Shown here piece by piece: positions 11,126 through 19,200 of a stretch of DNA of 32,000 nucleotides. Under the pieces are notes generated by a model. It had not been told where the DNA came from. It worked only from the letters and a program-made list of their open reading frames with translations, and did no database searches. The stretch comes from Haloquadratum walsbyi C23 (GTDB taxonomy: Archaea > Halobacteriota > Halobacteria > Halobacteriales > Haloferacaceae): positions 3,060,001 through 3,092,000 of the forward strand of contig NC_017459.1 in the NCBI RefSeq assembly GCF_000237865.1, in the 5' to 3' direction. How positions within the stretch are numbered: the first letter of the stretch is position 1; every line of letters begins with the position of its first letter. Made by a program: the position numbers and the translations under genes.

Positions 11126-13075
11126 TCACTGAGTATCAGCGAGTGAGGCTAAAAGTGCTTCAAGTTGAACTTGTTCGTTTGCACCAACAGTAATTCGATA
11201 ATCTGCCTCGCCAACGCGTTCAAGCAATCGAACGGTTGTTTCCTCATCAAGATCAAGATTCCACGCCGTTCGGTGAAGTTGGTCAATAATATCGCCACCA
11301 GCCATGCCAGTATCGACCAGAAGGGTCTGAAGTTGTGAACGAGCCGTTGTGAAATCACCGTCAATCGCAGCGGTGACCATTGTCTCAATATCTTCTGGGC
11401 GAGCGGTCGAAGTTATTGTATACACTGTTTCCTCATCGACGACCTCACCTGTTGTTGCTGCGGCTTGTAAGGAATTGATTGCTCGTCGCATATCACCGCC
11501 AGCAGCATACACGAGTGCATCCAGTCCATCTTCGGTCAGTTCAATATTCTCGGCTGCTGCGATATCCTTGGTTTGCCCGCGGATAGCTGTCTCTGAGAGC
11601 GGCGAGAATCGAAAGACGGCACATCGTGATTGGATTGGATCAATAATCTTTGAAGAATAATTACATGAAAGAATAAATCTGGTATTATCAGCAAACTGTT
11701 CCATTGTTCGACGGAGTGCTGATTGTGCATCATCGGTGAGTGAGTCTGCCTCATCAAGAAAAATAATCCGATGATCATAGCCACCAAACGATGACCGTGC
11801 GAAGTTTTTGATTCGATCGCGTACAACGTCGATTCCTCGCTCGTCAGATGCATTCAGTTCAAGAAGGTTGTTCTGCCAATCATCACCGTAAACAGCGTGT
11901 GCAATGGCTGTCGCAGCAGTTGTATTATGCATCACCGTTGGAATGCATCCTCCAACATAGTTCCGAACACCAGGAACGGTGAGATCATAAACTCGTTTCT
12001 CAGCGTCAAGTGACTCACTGACTGTGACGACATCAGCGTGCAGCGGTGAGTGCTGTGTTGAGGGATGTGTCACCCCTCCATCAGCATATGGTATCCACCC
12101 ACATGTTTGTGTCTCACCATTTGAGAGATGCGACTGAGTTGTTTTTGTCGTTGATGCTGTTGGACTCGAAGTCACAGTCGTTGTTTGATCTGCCATGACT
12201 GTATCCCAGTCGGTCTCAATCATCTCCTCAAGTCGTACGGTGTCAGATGCGTCGATAATGATAGCATGAACGCGTTTTTCAGAATCGATCAGAGTAGATG
12301 TATGACGACTTGCGATTCCGACTGTCGCAAGAAGATACGACACAGTCGATACAGTAGGTGTATGCGCGCCGATGAGAGTGAACTTCAGGCTCCCATCTGA
12401 CCGTGATGCAGCATAATCTTCAATCAATCTCTCAAGAGTGGCAATTCGAGTATTGACATCAGCCGTCAGAGTATCATGGTAACGGTATTCGTCCTCGATA
12501 TGTGGTACTTCTGATGCGTTCCTGGAAGCAGCACAAGACCCTGTTGTTTCAGCCGGGACTGGGAGATTTTTTGCCCGAAGAACATGCATACCCGCTGTGA
12601 TATCAGCGGCTGGGACCCACGTCGGATTGGTGTTCTCACCGGTACGAATAAGCAATTTATGCTCTGGCGTGACCGTTAGCGTTGCACCATCGTTTGTTTT
12701 GATTCGCTGTAGTCCACTGGCACGCTTTCCAAATACGTGCGATGGGTGTCGATATTGAAACGAACCATCAGCAGTCAGTGAACATACTTTAAGATTCTGT
12801 GGTGCCGGTGCAAATCCATCAACATCGCCCACAATCTCTCCGATCTGTCTAATACCCTTATTCGTGAGTATTGGTGTTGACCCGGTGACACACTTACCAA
12901 CGCCTGCCGGACCGGCAAAAAGGAGATGTGGAAGATCATCGCGATCGATATATGACTGAAGACGATCAACAGTATCTTCCTGCCCATAGATGTTTTCAAG
13001 CGTCGCTGGCCGGTACTTCTCAATCCAAATCTCTCGTCCGGTTGGGGCAGCATCGGATGCGTCGGCCTCACTCAT
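11126..13075 (-). CDS. rfcS: Replication factor C small subunit, interrupted by one intein (326-aa extein)
   Basis: N-extein ...[17 protein letters not shown]...[12 protein letters not shown]-extein [13 protein letters not shown]...[11 protein letters not shown]...SRC box ([10 protein letters not shown]). Typical clamp-loader AAA+ motifs. Confidence 0.92.
   Translation of the reverse strand: MSEADASDAAPTGREIWIEKYRPATLENIYGQEDTVDRLQSYIDRDDLPHLLFAGPAGVGKCVTGSTPILTNKGIRQIGEIVGDVDGFAPAPQNLKVCSLTADGSFQYRHPSHVFGKRASGLQRIKTNDGATLTVTPEHKLLIRTGENTNPTWVPAADITAGMHVLRAKNLPVPAETTGSCAASRNASEVPHIEDEYRYHDTLTADVNTRIATLERLIEDYAASRSDGSLKFTLIGAHTPTVSTVSYLLATVGIASRHTSTLIDSEKRVHAIIIDASDTVRLEEMIETDWDTVMADQTTTVTSSPTASTTKTTQSHLSNGETQTCGWIPYADGGVTHPSTQHSPLHADVVTVSESLDAEKRVYDLTVPGVRNYVGGCIPTVMHNTTAATAIAHAVYGDDWQNNLLELNASDERGIDVVRDRIKNFARSSFGGYDHRIIFLDEADSLTDDAQSALRRTMEQFADNTRFILSCNYSSKIIDPIQSRCAVFRFSPLSETAIRGQTKDIAAAENIELTEDGLDALVYAAGGDMRRAINSLQAAATTGEVVDEETVYTITSTARPEDIETMVTAAIDGDFTTARSQLQTLLVDTGMAGGDIIDQLHRTAWNLDLDEETTVRLLERVGEADYRITVGANEQVQLEALLASLADTQ
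11924..12892 (-). mobile_element. RFC intein (323 aa) in the Walker A P-loop (GVGK|C...MHN|T)
   Basis: Cys codon 12892-12890 with [13 protein letters not shown] (block A). Block B is [10 protein letters not shown]. The C-terminus is [25 protein letters not shown] (Asn codon 11926-11924), followed by Thr +1. The central ~170 aa contain at most a decayed LAGLIDADG-like stretch ([12 protein letters not shown]). Confidence 0.85.
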
Positions 13076-13375
13076 ATATCTGATAGTGAGACCTGGAAAG
13101 ATAAACAGTCCGCGTTATCTATCAACCACTCTTGAGTGGGTCGTGACCGACTGCGGTCGAAGCTACCTGTTCCTCGGGGGTAGTTCACGGTGTTCCACTC
13201 CTATGATGGATAAAGCCGTCTGCTCGCATCTATAAATAACTCCACCGTACCGACTTCATCAAGTGATCGTTCAGTGCTCAATTCCAACCCATATATTCAG
13301 ACTACTCCATTTTTGCCGAAATCAAACCGCTTCGCTCCAAATCTGTATGATAGTGATTAATAATTTGATATTCTC

Positions 13376-13488
13376 TCCCGCCTGGAGACGCCCTCAGAAA
13401 TCAGAGATTTCTGGTATGCGAACGAGACCTTCGGTCTAGTCAACGCGGGAATCCAACGACACCGCACCGCTGGGTTGGGATATTAGGG
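13376..13488 (+). other. Compact multi-hairpin element in the rfcS/GNAT divergent spacer; candidate small RNA or structured leader (strand not determined)
   Basis: Closing stem TCCCGC (13376-13381) with GCGGGA (13445-13450). It encloses an 8-bp hairpin CAGAAATC-aga-GATTTCTG and a 5-bp hairpin AGACC-ttc-GGTCT. A further stem ATCCAAC...GTTGGGAT follows. The element is GC-richer than its flanks. Confidence 0.3.
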
Positions 13489-13552
13489 TTTGTGGTCTAC
13501 TTTGGTGTAGGGTAGTGTCGGATTCATGTGTTATAATCTTATAGAAGCATAT

Positions 13553-14128
13553 ATGGATAATTCAGTTCAGATTCACTCGGGAGTACAGCATAAGAGCAAT
13601 ATAGATATGTTAATGCGGTTGTTCGATGAGGCGGTGCTTCAGATTACAGCAGAGACAGTTCATAGCCACCTCAGGAGTTCATCCCCTGGGTCCATACTGG
13701 TTGCTCATGATAGTGGTCAAAATCGGATTATTGGTGCATGTCTAATCGTCCCTGTTGACAACTATGATTATCTGTTATCGAACAATGTGTCGTGCCCCTT
13801 ACCAGCACAACGATGTCCGACGGAACTCACACACATTGCTGTTACTCACTCTCGACAGGCGAATGGAATTGGGTCACGTCTTGTCATGATTGCTGCAACA
13901 GAAGCACCAGGTCCGCTCGTTGTCCAATTTCATCGATCAGTACGTCCGTTCTATGCAAAGCTTGGATTCGATATTGCACCGGTCTCCGCAGATATGAGTG
14001 AAACGGACATCAACGGTGCGTCGGATGATACCGAAGCCATGACAGATGTGTCAGCATCGTTGTCGACACACATAACTGACTCAACGGTATCGAATACACC
14101 GATATATTACCGTGGGACGCTCAGATGA
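13553..14128 (+). CDS. GNAT-family N-acetyltransferase
   Basis: Acetyl-CoA motif A: LTHIAVTHSRQANGIGSRLV...FYAKLGF. The start is MDNSVQIHSG at 13553 or the upstream ATG at 13526. The 3' end overlaps the convergent phosphohexomutase gene by 8 nt. Confidence 0.75.
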   Translation: MDNSVQIHSGVQHKSNIDMLMRLFDEAVLQITAETVHSHLRSSSPGSILVAHDSGQNRIIGACLIVPVDNYDYLLSNNVSCPLPAQRCPTELTHIAVTHSRQANGIGSRLVMIAATEAPGPLVVQFHRSVRPFYAKLGFDIAPVSADMSETDINGASDDTEAMTDVSASLSTHITDSTVSNTPIYYRGTLR

Positions 14129-15494
14129 GTGGCTCAACCAACTCACGACCAGCCTGGAGAAGTGTATCAACGTGCTCTTGACTCGATGATTCGGCATATA
14201 CGCGCATTTTTGGTTCAGTCCCAGATGGACGGACAAGGATCCAAGAGCCATCATCTAAAAGTAATTTAAATCCATCTAAAGAGACCACATCAGCAATATC
14301 ACGACCTGCAACGGTCTCGGGAAGGTCATCTTTCAGATTGTTAATAACACGCGCTTTTTCCGAATCAGGACAGTCAACACTGCTTTTACTCGCAACGATA
14401 TCACCATGCGTCTCAAGAAGTCGGTTCACACGATCATCAATCGGCTCAGCAGCCGTCACAGCAGCACCAAGCAGTCCCATCAACACACCATCCTTTTCGC
14501 GCACATGCCCTCGGATTGAAAATCCACCAGACTCCTCACCACCAACGAGTGCATCATGTTCCTTCATTGCGTTAGCAACCCATTTGAACCCGACTTCCGT
14601 CTCAACGACCGACTGCCCATGTGCCTCAGCAATGCGGTCGATCAGGAAGGTGGTTGAGACTGTCCTCACCGCCGGTCCAGACTCAGATTTGAGCAGATAT
14701 TCATATAGCGCTGCATAAAACAGATTCTCATCAAGATGCCCTCGATCTGGGGTGACAAATCCAACACGATCTGCATCGCCATCGTTTGCAATACCAATAT
14801 CCGCATTATGCTCTTTAACTGCATCAACGAGTGGCTCAAGATGTTCGCCGCTTGGTTCTGGTGGGCTCCCGCCAAAAGTTGGGTCACGTTCGACACGGAC
14901 AGTATGAACTTCTGCACCTGCCTCGCGAAGAAGTGCATCTGTCACACCGCGACCAGACCCATGCATTGCATCATACACGATAGTCAATCCTGTGAGATCT
15001 GTATCAACAAGACTGTGTGCTGCTTCAGCATGCGGTGTTTGGAGGTCAACTCGCTCAACTGTCCCCCATTCGCTCACAGGAGCTAACTTAGGTTCGGTGA
15101 GTCGGTTCGCGACTGCATCTGTTACCGATGGAAGTGCGGGGGCACCATCAGATGGGATGAATTTCACACCATTGTACTCAGCAGAATTATGTGATGCAGT
15201 GATCATTAATGCACCAGCAAGTTCACGCTCAACAACGGCCGTCGCAACAAGCGGTGTGGGGCGGTCTCGCTCCGGAAGGATAACATCAAATCCATTACCT
15301 GCAAGCACTTCAGCGAGAGATTCGGCGAATCCCTCAGATGTTTCGCGGGCATCATATCCAACAACAACTGGAGCGGTGAACCCCTCAGCATGGAGATAGT
15401 TTGCAACAGCCTGTCCAACGATGCGAACGCGATCATCGGTAAATGTGTCAAGTGTGGCACGCCACCCGTCGGTCCCAAATGATATGTGCTCCAT
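14121..15494 (-). CDS. Phosphoglucomutase/phosphomannomutase-family phosphohexomutase
   Basis: Active-site loop MITASHNSAEYNGVKF, metal loop GIANDGDADRVGF, sugar loop GGEESGG. 457 aa. Confidence 0.9.
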   Translation of the reverse strand: MEHISFGTDGWRATLDTFTDDRVRIVGQAVANYLHAEGFTAPVVVGYDARETSEGFAESLAEVLAGNGFDVILPERDRPTPLVATAVVERELAGALMITASHNSAEYNGVKFIPSDGAPALPSVTDAVANRLTEPKLAPVSEWGTVERVDLQTPHAEAAHSLVDTDLTGLTIVYDAMHGSGRGVTDALLREAGAEVHTVRVERDPTFGGSPPEPSGEHLEPLVDAVKEHNADIGIANDGDADRVGFVTPDRGHLDENLFYAALYEYLLKSESGPAVRTVSTTFLIDRIAEAHGQSVVETEVGFKWVANAMKEHDALVGGEESGGFSIRGHVREKDGVLMGLLGAAVTAAEPIDDRVNRLLETHGDIVASKSSVDCPDSEKARVINNLKDDLPETVAGRDIADVVSLDGFKLLLDDGSWILVRPSGTEPKMRVYAESSSQEHVDTLLQAGRELVEPLI

Positions 15495-15608
15495 ATGTAT
15501 TTCTCAAGTACTAACATCAAAAAGGTGCGGCAGTCTGGGTTATATAGAAATAGCTAGACAGCTACAACACTCAGTATATTTATTTCCCGTGATTTTTTGA
15601 TACCTCTC

Positions 15609-15978
15609 TGTGGGCGGAAGATTCCTACAGCATCACACCGTTGAGTTGGGATAGTTGCGTTGCAGTTTTTAGTCCCCCCGAGAGGGCTGTGCCAATCAGC
15701 CATCGCCCCTGTTTTGTTATGAGATTCAGAGATACTTCTTACTGCCCGCAGCCTAATTCTAATCTAAAAGATTCCTTCAGCTTGAAATCAGAGAATCCTG
15801 GTATTGCCCGATTAGTGAGCGGGGAGACTGCCTCGGTTGTGAAGTACCTCGGGACAAGCTCCGAGGCTTCCCTATTTCGGCTACGTTCTGTTCGAGAAAG
15901 AAAATTAACTCTTGTCGACCTTTCGGTGATGCATCGGTCGCAAGTAAGTTTCGACGTGATGACGTACTTTCGCCCACA
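15609..15978. other. 370-bp non-coding element bounded by imperfect ~27-bp inverted termini; MITE-like, or an RNA with paired ends
   Basis: The left end is TGTGGGCGGAAG(attcc)TACAGCATCAC. The reverse complement of the right end is TGTGGGCGAAAG-TACGTCATCAC. I could not find a target duplication. Internal hairpins include GGCTG-tgccaat-CAGCC and CCTCGG-gacaagct-CCGAGG. Confidence 0.35.
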
Positions 15979-16040
15979 CGATCACAGATGAGTTGTGACT
16001 GCGAGTCATTCATCCTACTCAGACTGTCAATAAAATATTA

Positions 16041-16310
16041 TTATGGCTGATTGATATCTGTGCCCTCCTCAGCCAATTGTTGTTTTTTCTCACGTGTGTA
16101 TGACTTAATTTTGTGCTCACGCGAAAGAGCGGCTGATCGGGTGTCAAAATACTCGAAATGAACGAGTTGAACTGGTGTTCGACCCCTGGTATATTTCGCT
16201 CCCTCGCCGGCGTTATGCTCTCTAACTCGGCGTTCAACATCCGTTGTATAACCTGTATACAGAGATTCATCACTACATTCGACGATATATACATAATGGT
16301 AATCATTCAT
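16041..16310 (-). CDS. GIY-YIG domain protein (UPF0213/YhbQ-like small nuclease-fold protein)
   Basis: MNDYHYVYIVECSDESLYTGYTTDVERRVREHN...: GIY-YIG core (YVYIV...LYTGYT...R..EH). 89 aa. Confidence 0.85.
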   Translation of the reverse strand: MNDYHYVYIVECSDESLYTGYTTDVERRVREHNAGEGAKYTRGRTPVQLVHFEYFDTRSAALSREHKIKSYTREKKQQLAEEGTDINQP

Positions 16311-16423
16311 GAGTAGATGTCTGTACTGGTATGATAACTCGAATAGTTGTTGTGGATACGGGATATCGGTTAAGTGTCAGTGTCGATGTGAGTTTGATAT
16401 TTTTTATCGGTACATATCATATA

Positions 16424-17275
16424 TTATGTAACATCAACCGTTTCAACAACAGTTGCAAGAGCGGCACTATCTGGGGACCCGTGTGTAACAGATAATGGAG
16501 ATACACTCACTGCCGCATCAACTAAAGCCCGTCTGTCGGTTCCGACCGGATATCGCCGGCGATGCTCATCTGTTGGTGGGAACGGGCTCTCCCATCCAAC
16601 AGCCCCCGGCCACGTTCTGTCGCGGAGTTGGACAAGATGTTCATTTGACTCAAGAGTAACATCATCAGAAACATCATCTGCGGATGCCTGTTCGACCTCC
16701 TGTTCATAATCGTGATACGGATCAGTCAACATGACAGGTGGGTTTGCTGTATCAACTGGTGCGTTGACATTTAATAGGTCAACATCGTCATATACGCCTG
16801 CACTAAGCGCTCGATCAACCAATCGACGTGCAATCCGTGCTGGACGAGCGAAATCATATTCTTCTGGTGGTGAAATAAAGAAATCTGTCGAATGGTACGC
16901 TGAGATAGCAAGCGCGGGCGTTCCGAGGAATGCTGCTTCGATTCCTGCACCAACTGTCCCAGACCGTCCAACAACGTAATTACCGGCATTTGGACCGTTA
17001 TTTACGCCAGCAACAACGATGTCAATGTCAGTATCAAGACCACGAAGTCCATATGCAACACAGTCCGCAGGCGTTCCGGTTAATGCACATCCCCATGGAT
17101 GGTCACGAACAATAGCAGTGGGATTTCGCGTTCGTCCAACACCACTTTGGTTACTTTCCGGAGCAACAACCGTCACATTACCGAGTGCTGTCAACTCAGT
17201 TCGAAGCGTTGCAAGTCCTGGCGCGTCAATACCGTCATCATTTGTGAGTAGGATTGAATACTCATCCTTCATCAT
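16424..17275 (-). CDS. surE: 5'/3'-nucleotidase SurE
   Basis: N-terminal ILLTNDDGIDAPG signature and ...SGVGRT..., GTPADCV. I prefer the start at MMKDEYSILL (17275 or 17272) over the listed 17296. Confidence 0.88.
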   Translation of the reverse strand: MMKDEYSILLTNDDGIDAPGLATLRTELTALGNVTVVAPESNQSGVGRTRNPTAIVRDHPWGCALTGTPADCVAYGLRGLDTDIDIVVAGVNNGPNAGNYVVGRSGTVGAGIEAAFLGTPALAISAYHSTDFFISPPEEYDFARPARIARRLVDRALSAGVYDDVDLLNVNAPVDTANPPVMLTDPYHDYEQEVEQASADDVSDDVTLESNEHLVQLRDRTWPGAVGWESPFPPTDEHRRRYPVGTDRRALVDAAVSVSPLSVTHGSPDSAALATVVETVDVT

Positions 17276-17465
17276 ATACAAACGCGCCCGAAGCACACCT
17301 ATTGTTTCCGGTCAAAGACACGCGTATTCTGACCTATGTATTAAAGCTATAATATTAAAAGTGAATAGAATGATTAGAGAAAATCACATAGATAAGATGA
17401 CCCCTGAATTCATTATTATATTAGATGTCTATCGATACTATGCGTTTTAAATACCTTTTCGATGA

Positions 17466-17615
17466 TCATGCAGAACGGGTCCGCTGCCGAGCTGCTTCTG
17501 CGATTCCAGCATTCGCTGAACAGTTAGGGCAAGCAAACAGTTGCCCACTCTCATCAGCAAATACACGCGCGAAGCGATCGGAAACGTGCGACCCGCAATG
17601 GTCACAACTTGGCAT
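17466..17615 (-). CDS. Small zinc-ribbon protein (49 aa, CxxC...CxxC), not in the ORF track
   Basis: Hand translation gives MPSCDHCGSHVSDRFARVFADESGQLFACPNCSANAGIAEAARQRTRSA*. It has two CxxC knuckles. From memory this matches a widespread haloarchaeal small CPxCG-type zinc-finger family. The listed + strand ORF 17425..17673 is antisense to it. Confidence 0.7.
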   Translation of the reverse strand: MPSCDHCGSHVSDRFARVFADESGQLFACPNCSANAGIAEAARQRTRSA

Positions 17616-18125
17616 ATGTGTACGTCCGGCAGATTACTATCGCCGGTATATAATATATGAACGACTCATATAAATCGCTTCGCGCGCGTGCGCGGGAGTG
17701 CCAGATTTGTCCATTATATTCCCTATACTATGAGAGTAATTCATATTTCTATGGATAAAATATTAGTTTATTTATTTGATATCAGAATCGCCAGCCTGAG
17801 TATCAGGTGAGGAATTGAGTGTCATTCATCAAAGTTACAACTGGTGTGCAAGCGAATCGATGCGTCATATGTCACTACACCTGTGAAAACTACTAATCCA
17901 CTACAGGGGGTCATTGAAACAGGAACTTATTATATCAGAAATTTATAATTATCGTGAGTAAAATATATATGTAGTCTATCTGAAGTAAACTCTAAGATAG
18001 TTATCGAGATGAAATGTGGATAGTATATAAACAATTTGAATCAAACAACCGTATACGACGGTCATGACCGGAGAGCGGGGCATTTTGGAAAATATTTTAT
18101 ATAGGGCCGGTGTAGGCAGTAGCGT

Positions 18126-18293
18126 ATGGCAGACCTAATCGTTAAAGCGGCCGTCAAAGAAGCGCTTGAAGACAAAAATGTCGCTTCTGACTTTTATGAT
18201 GCACTTGATGGTGAAGTGACTGAACTACTGGAGGACGCAGCCCGTCGTGCTGAGGAGAATGATCGAAAAACTGTCCAACCGCGCGACTTATAA
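18126..18293 (+). CDS. Small acidic histone-fold-like protein (DUF1931 / NFYB-HAP3-like, 55 aa), not in the ORF track
   Basis: Hand translation gives MADLIVKAAVKEALEDKNVASDFYDALDGEVTELLEDAARRAEENDRKTVQPRDL*. The composition is acidic. From memory it closely matches conserved haloarchaeal 55-aa proteins. Confidence 0.75.
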   Translation: MADLIVKAAVKEALEDKNVASDFYDALDGEVTELLEDAARRAEENDRKTVQPRDL

Positions 18294-18434
18294 CTCATTT
18301 ACAAGTTGAGGGCATCGGAGCGCTGTGAATCAGCATGAATTGGGCTGTGCCCGGGACATGCCTCACAGTAAACTGCAATAATCGTATTTTTCAGTAATTA
18401 TACAGAACCAAGGAGAATACCTGCGGGTTCAGCC

Positions 18435-18688
18435 CTATCTCTTACCCACAACTCGAGTCAGGATTTTAGCGGAACGGGATCGGCGAGCACGACTGAAATC
18501 CTCGGTACCTATAGTTTCAGCACCTCTTTGGAACAATTGTAGTGGAGTTGATTACCGGCGTTCTGTAACCCCTACAGCCGGTATCACTATCTGAATCGCT
18601 TCTCGCCTCGATTTTTTGAGTTCAAAATACCTCTGAGAGCGTCTGAAACGTCCGGTTACGACTCCACGAACTTATGGGTAAGAGACAG
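18435..18688. mobile_element. 254-bp MITE with 14-bp terminal inverted repeats and a 10-bp target-site duplication
   Basis: The left TIR is CTATCTCTTACCCA (18435-18448). The right TIR is TGGGTAAGAGACAG (18675-18688), whose reverse complement is CTGTCTCTTACCCA, a 13/14 match. Perfect direct repeats GGGTTCAGCC flank it at 18425-18434 and 18689-18698. No ORF lies inside. The CTGTCTCTTA tip is identical to IS50/Tn5-type (IS4 family) ends. Confidence 0.8.
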
Positions 18689-18698
18689 GGGTTCAGCC

Positions 18699-18960
18699 GC
18701 AGGATGAATTCGACACCCCGGAGGAAGTCTACTCTGCAATAGCCACGCTGAGATTAAAGTGACAGGCAAGCCTATCTATAGATAGGAATCAGATCGGGAA
18801 CAGGGTAAGGCGATTCTGGTCACTTCGACGATGACCGCCTGTCCGCCCCAAGCAATCAGACAGTAATCGGAACCAGTCAGGTGAACGGTCGGTTCATGTA
18901 ATAATGACCTCGACGCGATCTGAAAACTGGCTCAGAATTCGGGGAGTAGAGGTCCGTTTC
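18699..18960 (+). ncRNA. rnpB: RNase P RNA (archaeal type A-like catalytic and specificity core); the 5' and 3' boundaries and the P1-P3 domain are unresolved
   Basis: CR-I-like GGAGGAAGTC (18720-18729). CAGGGTAAGG (18801-18810) followed by a P12-like hairpin GGTCA...TGACC (18818-18836). CCCCAAGCAATCAGAC (18846-18861) resembles the bacterial CCCGGAGCAAGGCCAAA. A P15-like hairpin GAACC...GGTTC has GGT in its loop. AATGACCTCGACGCGATCTGAAAACTGGCTCA (18903-18934) aligns with E. coli M1 GAAUGACUGUCCACGACAGAACCCGGCUUA (P2 3' strand, J2/4, P4 3' strand). The comparison sequences are from memory. Confidence 0.65.
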
Positions 18961-19200
18961 TGCCTGTTCACCGACCCGATGGAATCGGTGAACAGGGGTT
19001 TATATGCGTTTCCTCAAATCCACCGTGTTGAAGTCTGTATTAATTTATTTTATAGTCTGTAAGTAACGAAATAATATGGCTCAATAAGATGATACTGTCA
19101 CTAAGGATCGCTTAAAATATCGTAAACTAACTATATAGCTTTCTCAAGATGTAATAGCCCCTCTAGAGCTAAGTTTCAAACCTTTTCTAAGTCATTATAT

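Noticed and set aside
13200-13280. A box C/D sRNA, suggested by ATGATGG ... CTGA-like pieces
   Set aside because: The boxes are imperfect and the C/D', C'/D spacing does not fit a 12-nt guide architecture.
13376-13450. A tRNA gene, suggested by the 75-nt length and closing stem
   Set aside because: The arm lengths do not fit a cloverleaf (an 8-bp stem with a 3-nt loop, and no T-loop GTTCRANYC).
15641-16013. ORFs 15641..15991 (+) and 15777..16013 (-)
   Set aside because: Both are basic and Ser/Arg-rich, lack the acidic bias seen in every credible gene here, and lie inside the inverted-termini element.
17425-17673. 82-aa + strand ORF
   Set aside because: It is antisense to the much more convincing 49-aa zinc-ribbon ORF, and it is basic and non-halophilic in composition.
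18421-18705. The long 28-bp terminal helix read as a native RNA, either SRP RNA or a giant P3 expansion of RNase P
   Set aside because: The helix decomposes exactly into a 10-bp perfect direct repeat plus 14-bp inverted repeats with IS4-type tips, which is a transposition signature. The UGUAAC-like motif is in the middle of the segment rather than the 5' end, so SRP topology fails.
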